From contig DVIS01000046.1 of NCBI GenBank assembly GCA_018711135.1, positions 1-59,895 of the forward strand: a DNA stretch of 59,895 nt, written 5' to 3'. The DNA is from Candidatus Onthousia faecavium. GTDB lineage: Bacteria; Bacillota_I; Bacilli_A; RF39; UBA660. This document shows positions 7,621-16,141 of this stretch, piece by piece. Position numbers and translations under genes: made by a program. The notes beneath the pieces are model-generated. The model was not told the DNA's origin and did no database searches. It was given only the letters and a program-made list of their open reading frames with translations. Positions within the stretch are counted from its first letter, which is position 1, and each line of letters opens with the position of its first letter.

Positions 7621-9477
7621 CTAGGAAGCAAGGGCAAGTGTGAAAGGATTTTGCAGAGTTCCATCTCCCCCGGTGATGATGACGTTTTGTTTTAGATTTA
7701 GGGATGGTTTAATGCTGATAGCAACTTGTGTGGTGTCAGTAGGGATTGAACTACCGCTGTTACGAATACGATGCACATAATTTGTATTATTATATGGTGT
7801 TAAAGTCCAATACATAGTTGTTAAATTTGTGGGAATATTTTCTCCTTTTTCACTATATCTTGTAAATTGTCCGGCCATTAACTCACCTAGTCTTAATAAT
7901 CCAACTTTTGTATAGATAATACTTGTTGTAAAAATATTGTCTGTGGTATTGGTATATTTTGCTAATTTATAGGAATCACTATCTCCTACAACACCTAAAT
8001 ACCATGTACTACTTTCTTCTATCATGGCTATATCTTCGGATTTTAAATACCCATTTTCTATATTTAAATAATCTCTATTCAAAAACGTCCCTATTGTATT
8101 GTTATTAGTAAATATTGAATTATTTCCAAAAGTTGTAGTTATAAAATTACCTGACTTTTTTAATGGCTCAGCACTTGTTATTTTTGTGCCCATCACATTT
8201 TCATGACTTACTATTCGATATAAATTATTTTCTCCTGTACCAAACCTTATGTATTCTCCACTATATCTTGTGTTTAATAATGTACCTAAGAGATTAGTGT
8301 CATTATCTCCATCTATACGATAAGGATTATTTTCTGTTCCATTACCTTTTACTATTTTAATACTTGGTTTTAGATTTATTGTCGGACGAATTCCTGCTAC
8401 CTCTGTTGGCAAATCATAACTTATACTACCATCACTAAAAACAACACATACTTGAGTATCATTATATGGCGTGATACTCCACCAACCAAGTCCATTATTT
8501 AAATAACCGGTGGTATAATCTGTACCACTATAACTCATAGTATGTTCATAAGAACTTAATAGACCTACTGGATCAGTCACCAATGTAGTTTTAGCTAATT
8601 TAGTAGTTTCTGCAGTCTCTGTCGCATTCCAGACACTATTCATCTTTATAAACTTTTCTGGCTCTCTTAAATTACCAAGAAAACCGTCAACACTAATATC
8701 ATTTAACCATTCTTCCATATAACTACCTTCAAATGCTGTATTACCACTTTCATTATAAGAAATTGCACTTATATTCCATTGTGTTACTAATTTAACACTA
8801 TTATCACTTGTGTCTATTGATACTGCTCTCCATAATTTACCACTATACCAAATATAGTTATTTGGATCTTCTCCTGTTACAAAGTATTGTTCATTATCTT
8901 CTACATTTATATTATTTTTAGTATCAAAAAGAATTGTATCAGAAACAGTATTAGTTATTTCTCTAAATAAATGTCCATTACTTGGTAAACTAAGATTATT
9001 ATAATCTAGGCCTACACTTACTCCTAAGTTTATTATTTGTTCTTCTTCTGTATGGTTTGCTAGTACTATTTGATAAGTTTGACTAGAACTTATGGTATTA
9101 ACTTTTTCTAGATTTACTCCAGTGTCTATTGGTGGTGTATTATAGTTATCTATGATTTTATAACCAGCAAAGACTCCACTTGGAAGATTATTTAAATAAT
9201 AGAAATTAAATCTAGCCATTCTCTCATTTGGATTACTTAAAGTAATCGTAAAAGTTTTTTCTTCTTTTGGTCCAACAACCAATTTATCTGTACTAACTCC
9301 ATCTATTTTCAAAACATAACTTAATGTCCCCGTAACAATGCTTATAGCATTACTTTTTTCTTTGCTAACAGTAAACATGGCATAAGAAAAGTAACTTGTT
9401 AGTAAAAGAAAAGCAATTAATATTACACATATCATATATATTTTTGATATCTTAGTATTTAATAATATTTGTTTCAT
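7621..9477 (-). CDS. Exported/surface protein: TasA/SipW-type N-terminal module plus two DUF6273-like (C-type-lectin-like) domains
   Basis: Hydrophobic N-terminus ending 'SYFSYAMF'. Two repeats 'WW/YW..TPY...G/SI(R/K)P..NL...G.GT..NP(Y/F)'. N-terminal ~170 aa closely resemble the 29095..30864 protein. Domain names are from recall. Confidence 0.65.
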   Translation of the reverse strand: MKQILLNTKISKIYMICVILIAFLLLTSYFSYAMFTVSKEKSNAISIVTGTLSYVLKIDGVSTDKLVVGPKEEKTFTITLSNPNERMARFNFYYLNNLPSGVFAGYKIIDNYNTPPIDTGVNLEKVNTISSSQTYQIVLANHTEEEQIINLGVSVGLDYNNLSLPSNGHLFREITNTVSDTILFDTKNNINVEDNEQYFVTGEDPNNYIWYSGKLWRAVSIDTSDNSVKLVTQWNISAISYNESGNTAFEGSYMEEWLNDISVDGFLGNLREPEKFIKMNSVWNATETAETTKLAKTTLVTDPVGLLSSYEHTMSYSGTDYTTGYLNNGLGWWSITPYNDTQVCVVFSDGSISYDLPTEVAGIRPTINLKPSIKIVKGNGTENNPYRIDGDNDTNLLGTLLNTRYSGEYIRFGTGENNLYRIVSHENVMGTKITSAEPLKKSGNFITTTFGNNSIFTNNNTIGTFLNRDYLNIENGYLKSEDIAMIEESSTWYLGVVGDSDSYKLAKYTNTTDNIFTTSIIYTKVGLLRLGELMAGQFTRYSEKGENIPTNLTTMYWTLTPYNNTNYVHRIRNSGSSIPTDTTQVAISIKPSLNLKQNVIITGGDGTLQNPFTLALAS

Positions 9478-9501
9478 CTTATACTCCTTTCTTAAATCAC
9501 A

Positions 9502-9535
9502 AATAAGAACAGGATAACTCTATCCTGTTCTTATT
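9502..9535 (-). terminator. Leader hairpin (putative attenuator) upstream of the 618-aa gene
   Basis: Perfect 15-bp inverted repeat AATAAGAACAGGATA (9502-9516) / TATCCTGTTCTTATT (9521-9535) with a 4-nt loop, about 25 nt before the main ATG. Confidence 0.75.
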
Positions 9536-9618
9536 CTATGATTAAAGAAAGTACTTAAGCTTCTAAAGCCCCCCCCCCAGGTAACTTGTTGTAAACGTGC
9601 GCTAGTGCTCATTTTCAT
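9520..9618 (-). CDS. Putative poly-G leader peptide, in-frame state (G10)
   Basis: MKMSTSARLQQVTWGGGFRSLSTFFNHRIRTG*; RBS AAGAAGG; C10 on + at 9569-9578; the stop TAG (9520-9522) lies at the hairpin loop. Confidence 0.65.
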   Translation of the reverse strand: MKMSTSARLQQVTWGGGFRSLSTFFNHRIRTG

Positions 9619-9683
9619 ACCTTCTTTCTATCTTTAACTTAACACCAGTTTAACATAATTTAAAGATATCAACAAGAACTTTC

Positions 9684-10229
9684 TTAATCTTCATATAAAC
9701 CATGTATTTTTAGTAAATCATCATCACTTATCTTTTCTAATACCCATTTCTTATTATCTTTAACTAGACTAAATGTTATTGTGTAATTAGCTTTATCAGT
9801 TGTACTTTTCATGGCATTTATTTTATAGTGATCAATCTTTTCATTACTACTTTCTTCTTCATCACTTGCAAATTCATTTTCATGATCATCTATATAATCT
9901 TCCGCTTCATTTAAAGAATTGTTATAGTCAAATACCTCAATCTCAACAATAACATGAGCTCTATCGCCATTTACATCTTCATTTTTTATTTTATAAGATA
10001 AATTTTGATATTGTTTTATCATTAATTCTTTATATTCTTCCCGATAAGCCTCGCTATAAGTACTATTATCAACAACACTATCTAATTCTGTTAAGACTGT
10101 ACTATCTAAGATTTGATATTTACCTAAATACTCTTCTACTCTTTTCGTTGGCGTATTCATCATATCATTACAACCTGTTATTAATAGTAACATTCCTAAT
10201 AATATAATTTTTTTCTTCATTATTATCAC
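9684..10229 (-). CDS. Conserved lipoprotein of unknown function
   Basis: Lipobox 'LLITGC'; acidic soluble domain. Confidence 0.7.
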   Translation of the reverse strand: MIIMKKKIILLGMLLLITGCNDMMNTPTKRVEEYLGKYQILDSTVLTELDSVVDNSTYSEAYREEYKELMIKQYQNLSYKIKNEDVNGDRAHVIVEIEVFDYNNSLNEAEDYIDDHENEFASDEEESSNEKIDHYKINAMKSTTDKANYTITFSLVKDNKKWVLEKISDDDLLKIHGLYED

Positions 10230-10236
10230 CTAGATG

Positions 10237-10265
10237 TAGTATTAACAAATTTTAGATATTTATAC
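10237..10265 (-). promoter_or_regulatory. SigG-like forespore promoter
   Basis: GTATA-N17-AATACTA, compared with the B. subtilis SigG consensus GHATR-N17/18-CATWHTA. Confidence 0.45.
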
Positions 10266-10273
10266 TTTATTTG

Positions 10274-10945
10274 CTAAAAAGTTTTTGTCTCTTTACTTTT
10301 CTTACTTACAGTCAACTTTAGTAAATTATATAACTTACTGTGGAAACTATTGTAGTCTTTTTGTAATTCTTTTTCTAATTTGGTGTATTTAAAATTAAAG
10401 TCAGGATTATCGCTTGAAAAAAACTCTTTATATATGTAATTTAATTTTGCTTCTTCCCGCTTCGCTTTAATCTTTTTTAACTCTTTTTCTAGAAACTTAA
10501 TCTCTTGTTCTTCTTTTCTTGTTAAATATTTAATATCTTTGCAGCTTTTTAATATTTCATAATCTAATTCTAAAGGTGTTAAGCCTTCCCCCATACTAAG
10601 AACCTCATCTTCTTCATCCATTAACATCGCACTTTTATAACAAACTAGGCCTGTTTCATCTAATTCAACAGCAAGAGCTTTTTTATCATTAAAGACAATA
10701 GCAGCATATTCAACAATATCAACATCATTTTTAAAATAACCTTCTGTTTTATCTTTTATTTTAGATAAGAAACTTTTTTCTATTCTTATTTTAGATACTA
10801 ATAGATCTTTAATTAGGTTATCACTAACTTTTATAAGAGGAATTCTCTTAATATGTTCTAAATCATCGTTAATTTGCCACTCAAAATACTCTCTTAGTTT
10901 TAAGTTTTTTGTCCAGTTAAGTAAAATATCATAAATATAAATCAT
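10274..10945 (-). CDS. DUF3603 (YjbA-like) family protein
   Basis: 'MIYIYDILLNW....EYFEW...D.LEHIK.IPL.KV' and 'S.MLMDEED' resemble the family. Confidence 0.65.
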   Translation of the reverse strand: MIYIYDILLNWTKNLKLREYFEWQINDDLEHIKRIPLIKVSDNLIKDLLVSKIRIEKSFLSKIKDKTEGYFKNDVDIVEYAAIVFNDKKALAVELDETGLVCYKSAMLMDEEDEVLSMGEGLTPLELDYEILKSCKDIKYLTRKEEQEIKFLEKELKKIKAKREEAKLNYIYKEFFSSDNPDFNFKYTKLEKELQKDYNSFHSKLYNLLKLTVSKKSKETKTF

Positions 10946-11166
10946 TTCTTCTCTTCCTTTCGTTTTAATTGTATTAATGCAATAAGGATTAAAATAAGAC
11001 CAAGTATTAGGGAATATAGTCCAAGTTTTGTAAGCATGAAAAGAAAATATTCTTTTAGACTATAGCCAAAAGTAAACAAATTAGAATAAACAATTACATA
11101 AAAAAAGCCAAGAGTTGTTAGAATAAAACCTATAATACCAATTAGTAAATATTTAATAGATATCAC
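10942..11166 (-). CDS. Small two-TM membrane protein
   Basis: Two hydrophobic segments and a basic tail; overlaps the upstream gene's stop. Confidence 0.7.
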   Translation of the reverse strand: MISIKYLLIGIIGFILTTLGFFYVIVYSNLFTFGYSLKEYFLFMLTKLGLYSLILGLILILIALIQLKRKEEKK

Positions 11167-11211
11167 CTAATATAATTTATTCTAATTTATTTTTATTATA
11201 CAAAAAAAATG

Positions 11212-12168
11212 CTAATTTATACTTAGCAATTTCCCATGAACAACAATTCTTTCAGTATTATCTAAAGAACAGGTAGAAAGAGTTATTATTTTATCAGTAC
11301 TATATAATAATTGTTGATAATCTTTGTTACTACGGCTTTTCAAAGTGTTTAAAAATTCTAAGTACCGTTCTTCATTTAGAAAGTCAGTTTGTAAATAAGT
11401 AATTTCTGGTTCTATTTGGTAAGAAGAAAAGATTTGGTAAGTGTATAAATTTGCTGGTGTTTTTAGATATATTTTTAAGTTTGTTTCTTTACTTGTTAAG
11501 ATGTTATCTAAAGTACCAAACATGGTTTCATTTAAAATATGATGCCCATAAATAATAAGGTTATTAGTATTAGATAGATTATTAAAATCATTACGATAAT
11601 CAGCATAGATCCAACCTTTAGTGTTGTAACTTTTATCGATACTGTGATCTAAGTAATATGAGTTATCAGTAGTCTTAACAACGGGATAGTTTATATTTGT
11701 TCCTTCAACTCTAATGAAAGCGACAACATCAGGATTAGTAGCTTGTAATTCCGTAAAATTCAAATTATAAAAATCATATGATAAGTATTTACGATAATTA
11801 TCACTTATAACTACATTATTATCAGAATTAGTATTACTTTGTAAAGAACTATCATCACTTTCTGGTATTTTGTTTTCATTAATATTAATAGAGGTAAAAG
11901 GAATATCTTCTTTATAAGTAACAGATACTGGTAATATAAATCTTAAAATAGTAACAAATGTAACAACATAAAGAGTTACTATCATAATTAATTCCTGATT
12001 AGCTAATCTTTTATCTAATTTCTTTTTTAGAGTAACTCTTTTCTTAAAAAGGCCAGGAATTAATAAACTAAGGCCAAGATAAAAATAATAACATAACGAC
12101 CAAATAACTTTATTTAAACATGTTACCACTTGTTCAACAGTATTTCCTATTACTTTAAGTACCTTCAT
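11212..12168 (-). CDS. srtB: Class B sortase
   Basis: 'INYPVV...N.YYL.H', 'IIYGHH....MFG.L', catalytic 'TLSTC...ERIVVHGKL'; N-terminal TM segments. Confidence 0.9.
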   Translation of the reverse strand: MKVLKVIGNTVEQVVTCLNKVIWSLCYYFYLGLSLLIPGLFKKRVTLKKKLDKRLANQELIMIVTLYVVTFVTILRFILPVSVTYKEDIPFTSININENKIPESDDSSLQSNTNSDNNVVISDNYRKYLSYDFYNLNFTELQATNPDVVAFIRVEGTNINYPVVKTTDNSYYLDHSIDKSYNTKGWIYADYRNDFNNLSNTNNLIIYGHHILNETMFGTLDNILTSKETNLKIYLKTPANLYTYQIFSSYQIEPEITYLQTDFLNEERYLEFLNTLKSRSNKDYQQLLYSTDKIITLSTCSLDNTERIVVHGKLLSIN

Positions 12169-12225
12169 ATTCTCTTACCCTCTTCTTTATTAAAAGAATA
12201 TCACAAAGAGCTTTTGATGTAAACT

Positions 12226-13296
12226 TTATTGTTCTAGTTCTTTAATCTCTTTAAAGTCTACTTTATTAATAGCATCAAATTTTTTACTTATCTTTTCAGT
12301 AGTAATAGAAACATTTTCAACATCTTTATTCACTGCTTGAATACTTTTAGACAGTTTATCCCATCTTTCTTTATAACGAGCAAACTCTAAACTAAGTTTA
12401 TTTAATTCTTCATGAATTACCTTAGTATATTTATCTTTTTCCATATTTTTAATAATCATTTGAATAACAGTTAAAGTTGATATCAAAGTAGTTGGTGAAG
12501 TTATAAAGACTCTTTTTTTATAAGCATATTCAATTAAATCTTGATGATAAGCATTTATTTCCGCAAATATAGCTTCTGCTGGTAAAAACATAATAGCTTC
12601 TTCACTTGTAACACCATGAATAATATATTTACTACTAATTGCATCAATATGTTTTTTAACATCTAGTTTAAAAGCTCTAGCAGCCTCTTCTCTTTCTCCT
12701 TTTGATAATTCTTTAGAAACCATTAATTGATAATGCTCTAAAGGAAATTTAGAATCAATAGCAATTGTTCCTAAAGGCTTAGGAGCAAAAAGAATAGAAT
12801 CAGCAATAGTACCATTAGGTAAAGGACATTGTAATCGATAAATGGCATCATTCTTTTCCCCAAAAACATTAGCTAAAATATGTTTTAAATTTACCTCTCC
12901 ATATATTCCTCTTGTTTTTTTATCAGTTAAAATACTTTGTAAAGAAATAATATCTGTAGAAAGACTATCTATTTTCTTTTGGGCTTCATCTATTTTTCCT
13001 AAACGTTCAATAACAGAGGTAAAAGTCTTATTTGTTTTTTCAAAGTTTTGGTTGATTCTTTCATTAACTTGTTCATTAATAGCTAATAAACGTCTTTCCA
13101 TATTTACATTTAATTTATCAAAATCTTCTCCTAAACTTTTAGTTAAGTTATCTTTAAAAGTATTTAATTCTTTAATTGTACTTATCTCTAAATTATTAAG
13201 CCGATCTGTTATTTTTTGTTCATTTATATTCTTCATTAAGGAAATTACTATTAAAATAATAATTAAAACTAGTAAACCAATTATTACATAATCCAT
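12226..13296 (-). CDS. rmuC: DNA recombination protein RmuC
   Basis: N-terminal TM, coiled coil, 'RGIYGEVNL..IL', 'IAIDSKFPL', 'AIMFLPAEAIF'. Confidence 0.92.
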   Translation of the reverse strand: MDYVIIGLLVLIIILIVISLMKNINEQKITDRLNNLEISTIKELNTFKDNLTKSLGEDFDKLNVNMERRLLAINEQVNERINQNFEKTNKTFTSVIERLGKIDEAQKKIDSLSTDIISLQSILTDKKTRGIYGEVNLKHILANVFGEKNDAIYRLQCPLPNGTIADSILFAPKPLGTIAIDSKFPLEHYQLMVSKELSKGEREEAARAFKLDVKKHIDAISSKYIIHGVTSEEAIMFLPAEAIFAEINAYHQDLIEYAYKKRVFITSPTTLISTLTVIQMIIKNMEKDKYTKVIHEELNKLSLEFARYKERWDKLSKSIQAVNKDVENVSITTEKISKKFDAINKVDFKEIKELEQ

Positions 13297-13354
13297 ATTA
13301 ACACCTCATAGCAATTATATAATTTCAAACATTTATTCGTCAATAGTAAATTAA

Positions 13355-13630
13355 TTAAATTGCTTCATAACCGTCTTTAACACTGTAAACATGATAACCT
13401 AAAGTATTTAACTTTTCAGCAAGAACTTTACTTTTAAAGCCACTTTCACAAATTAAGTAGTACGTTTGCATTTTATCTAAATACTTATCAGGCATAGTTT
13501 TTAACATTCTTGCTGGAATATTTTTAGCATTAGGAAAGTGCCCCCTTACATATAAATAATTTTCTCTAATATCAATAACATTAGGATTTGTTCCTAACAA
13601 ACTTTTTAAAGTATTCATAGTAATAAACAT
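13355..13630 (-). CDS. Rhodanese-like domain protein
   Basis: 'VIDIRE..Y..GHFPNAKNIP', 'YYLICESGFKS', 'VKDGY'. Confidence 0.88.
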   Translation of the reverse strand: MFITMNTLKSLLGTNPNVIDIRENYLYVRGHFPNAKNIPARMLKTMPDKYLDKMQTYYLICESGFKSKVLAEKLNTLGYHVYSVKDGYEAI

Positions 13631-13680
13631 ATAACCACCTATATTATTATAGATGGAAAAGAAAAATAAGTGCTAAGCAC

Positions 13681-14226
13681 TTATCTAACCTGTTCTCCTA
13701 TAATTCGTATTTTACCTTTCCAAACTTGCCCTCCAAAGTCACCATCTATTTCTGTAGTTGGCCAAACTTTTAATACATAATTGTTACTTTCACCACTGTT
13801 TAAGGTACCACTATCAAGAATTCTCGAACCATCTGTTCCTAAGCTAGTAAGGTAATAAGGAGAACCAGTAACATCATTTTTATTAAAACTATATTTTAAA
13901 TATTTATCATCTAATTTAACATCAGGACTTGCTATTGCCACATTATCTAAATAAATAGTATATTCAGCATCTGCAGTTCCCGTATTTTCTAAAGTAAATG
14001 AATATCCATCTAATTCCAGTCCTTGACGATCAGTTAAAGGATATGTATCACTTAAATTAATCATTTCCCCCTCTGTTAAAGTTAATTTTAACGTTCCTAA
14101 AGTCACAATATTATCTTTTTTACCCAATCCTGCATAACTAAAAATAGCATAAGATAAAACAATAACTAATACTATAAGAACAATTAGTAAACCTAATAAA
14201 AATATTTTGTTTTTTCTATCTTTCAT
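13681..14226 (-). CDS. Secreted TasA/camelysin-like (SipW-type signal) single-module protein
   Basis: 'LSYAIFS...GTLKLTL...YSFTLENTG..DAEYTIYL...L..GES..Y.L.VW'; same architecture as the N-terminal module of the two ~600-aa proteins. SigA promoter TTGAAA-N17-TATACT upstream. Confidence 0.6.
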   Translation of the reverse strand: MKDRKNKIFLLGLLIVLIVLVIVLSYAIFSYAGLGKKDNIVTLGTLKLTLTEGEMINLSDTYPLTDRQGLELDGYSFTLENTGTADAEYTIYLDNVAIASPDVKLDDKYLKYSFNKNDVTGSPYYLTSLGTDGSRILDSGTLNSGESNNYVLKVWPTTEIDGDFGGQVWKGKIRIIGEQVR

Positions 14227-14284
14227 TTAAATCACCTATACTAGTTAAAGTATAGCATTATTAGAAAACAGTTTCAACTATTTT

Positions 14285-15226
14285 CTAAAGCAAATCGCTT
14301 CTTTTAACATTAGAAATACTTTCCCCATTCACTTTAAAATTAATAACATTAATATCATAATTAGCAAAAACAGAATAACTAAGAGTATATAAAACCTCTT
14401 CTTTTAACTTACTATCACCATCAAAAAGATAATCATTAAAATCTAAAATAAAAACTCCATCTACTATTTCTTTATCAGTTAAAACTAAATTTTCATTTAA
14501 AATACTTTGTAGATTATCTTCATAAATATAACTTGTTGTCAATTCTTCAACAATAATATCAATTTTCTCTTTATCATCATTTATATATTTAGTTACAGGA
14601 ACATAGAATAAATCATTATCAATATTTTCATTATAATAGATAACTACTTTCGTAATGTCATTTAAACTAGTTAGACAGTATTCTTTATTAATTCCTATAT
14701 CTCGAGAAAGAGGTAAAGTCAGTTTTTTATCAGTATTAGGATAAGAATCTAAAGGTGTTCCATTAACAGATATATAAACTTTATTAATATCATCTAACTC
14801 AGTAAGAGAATAAACAATGCTTTCAATTAATTTACTAGATAACTCTTCTTTAACCGTTAAAAATTCTTTTGAAAAATCTAAATAGACTGTATCTTCTTCT
14901 ACTCTAACCTCATTTAATTTGGTATTTAATGGAATAAGTGCTTGTAATTTATCACTAAATTTACTATTACTATTAAGAGTTAAATTATTAATCACACTTT
15001 TTATATCAAGAATAAGGTCATCGTTATCTAGTAATATTTTGGTTTTAACTAAGTGCTTATTGCTATCTAAAAGATAAATAGAAGAATTAGCAAGATTAGT
15101 TATATATTCAAATTCAAAATTAGTATTAATAGTTTTTTCAGTTGTAGGAATTAAATAAATAGTCATGATAATAAAAAGACTGGCTGTTGCTACTAATATT
15201 TTTCGTAAAGCTTTTGTTTTTAGCAA
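14285..15226 (-). CDS. gerM: GerMN-domain spore germination protein
   Basis: Two GerMN repeats ('LIP..TKL....VEEDTVYLDFSKEF...ESIVYSLTE' and 'FYVPVT'); SigE-like -10 CATATAGT at 15244-15251. Confidence 0.8.
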   Translation of the reverse strand: MLKTKALRKILVATASLFIIMTIYLIPTTEKTINTNFEFEYITNLANSSIYLLDSNKHLVKTKILLDNDDLILDIKSVINNLTLNSNSKFSDKLQALIPLNTKLNEVRVEEDTVYLDFSKEFLTVKEELSSKLIESIVYSLTELDDINKVYISVNGTPLDSYPNTDKKLTLPLSRDIGINKEYCLTSLNDITKVVIYYNENIDNDLFYVPVTKYINDDKEKIDIIVEELTTSYIYEDNLQSILNENLVLTDKEIVDGVFILDFNDYLFDGDSKLKEEVLYTLSYSVFANYDINVINFKVNGESISNVKRSDLL

Positions 15227-15273
15227 TTGACACCACCCATTTAACTATATGAAAAAAAGTACTAAATTAGTAC

Positions 15274-15477
15274 TTATAAAGTTATTTCTTTTAGTTTTAA
15301 TAATTCAATAACGGCATTAGCACGACCTTTGACACCCAGTTTTTGCATGACATTAGAAATATGATTTCTAACTGTTTTTTCACTTATTTCAAGTTTTAAA
15401 GCTATTTCTTTAGTTGACAATCCCGTCACTAAAAGTGAGAAGACTTCTCTTTCTCTATCCGTCAAGATACCACTCAT
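15274..15477 (-). CDS. gerE: Spore coat regulator GerE (stand-alone LuxR HTH)
   Basis: 'LTDREREVFSLLV...TKEIA..L.ISEKTVRNHISNVMQKLGVKGR..AV.ELL' is very close to B. subtilis GerE as recalled. Confidence 0.85.
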   Translation of the reverse strand: MSGILTDREREVFSLLVTGLSTKEIALKLEISEKTVRNHISNVMQKLGVKGRANAVIELLKLKEITL

Positions 15478-15551
15478 AATAATCCCCTTTCAAATACAAG
15501 CATTTCACTAGTAGTTTATGAAAGAAGATTTATTTGTTGTAGATAAAAGAA

Positions 15552-16088
15552 CTAATTACCTTCAAATTTTACGGTTATTGTTTTTTTTGTATCAAATTCT
15601 CCTTGAACAGTCCTCATGATATTATTAGCTAAAGTAACATCATGATCTTTCTTAGCTGCAACAATAGTAATAGTTTCATTATCTATTTTGACAAAACTAT
15701 TAATTTTATAATTATCTTTAATGAGTTTCTCAAGTTTCTCTTCTTCTCCTTCAACAACAGCTAAATTTTTTAATTGTTCATAAGCATTATTTTTTTCTTC
15801 AACCGTTGCTTCTTCTTTTGTCATAGTAGCTTTTAATTCTGTTTTTTCTTTATCCCGTTCTTCATCTAAATTAACTCTTAAGGCCGTTAAACTATCTGCT
15901 TCACTAACATCACTGATAGTATCTGCCTCATCACTATCAGTATTTTCTTCAGTCGTTTTGTTTCCCTCTTCTAAAGTTGTACTATTACTAGCAATTAAAA
16001 GGTCATTAGGCATAGTTATATAATAAACACTAAGAACTAAGATAAGACTGAAAAGAGTTAAAAACCATAAGTTTTGTTTATTAATCAT
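15552..16088 (-). CDS. spoIIIAH: Stage III sporulation protein AH
   Basis: 'MINKQNLWFLTLFSLILVLSVYYIT' N-terminus and a YscJ-like C-terminus. Confidence 0.88.
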   Translation of the reverse strand: MINKQNLWFLTLFSLILVLSVYYITMPNDLLIASNSTTLEEGNKTTEENTDSDEADTISDVSEADSLTALRVNLDEERDKEKTELKATMTKEEATVEEKNNAYEQLKNLAVVEGEEEKLEKLIKDNYKINSFVKIDNETITIVAAKKDHDVTLANNIMRTVQGEFDTKKTITVKFEGN

Positions 16089-16112
16089 TTGTATCCTCCC
16101 TTTTACTAATAC

Positions 16113-16141
16113 ACTTTATGAGGAAGGATATTTATTTATGA
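16113..16141 (-). promoter_or_regulatory. SigE-type promoter of spoIIIAH
   Basis: TCATAAA-N14-CATAAAGT, compared with the SigE consensus KMATAWT-N14-CATAMANT. Confidence 0.65.
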
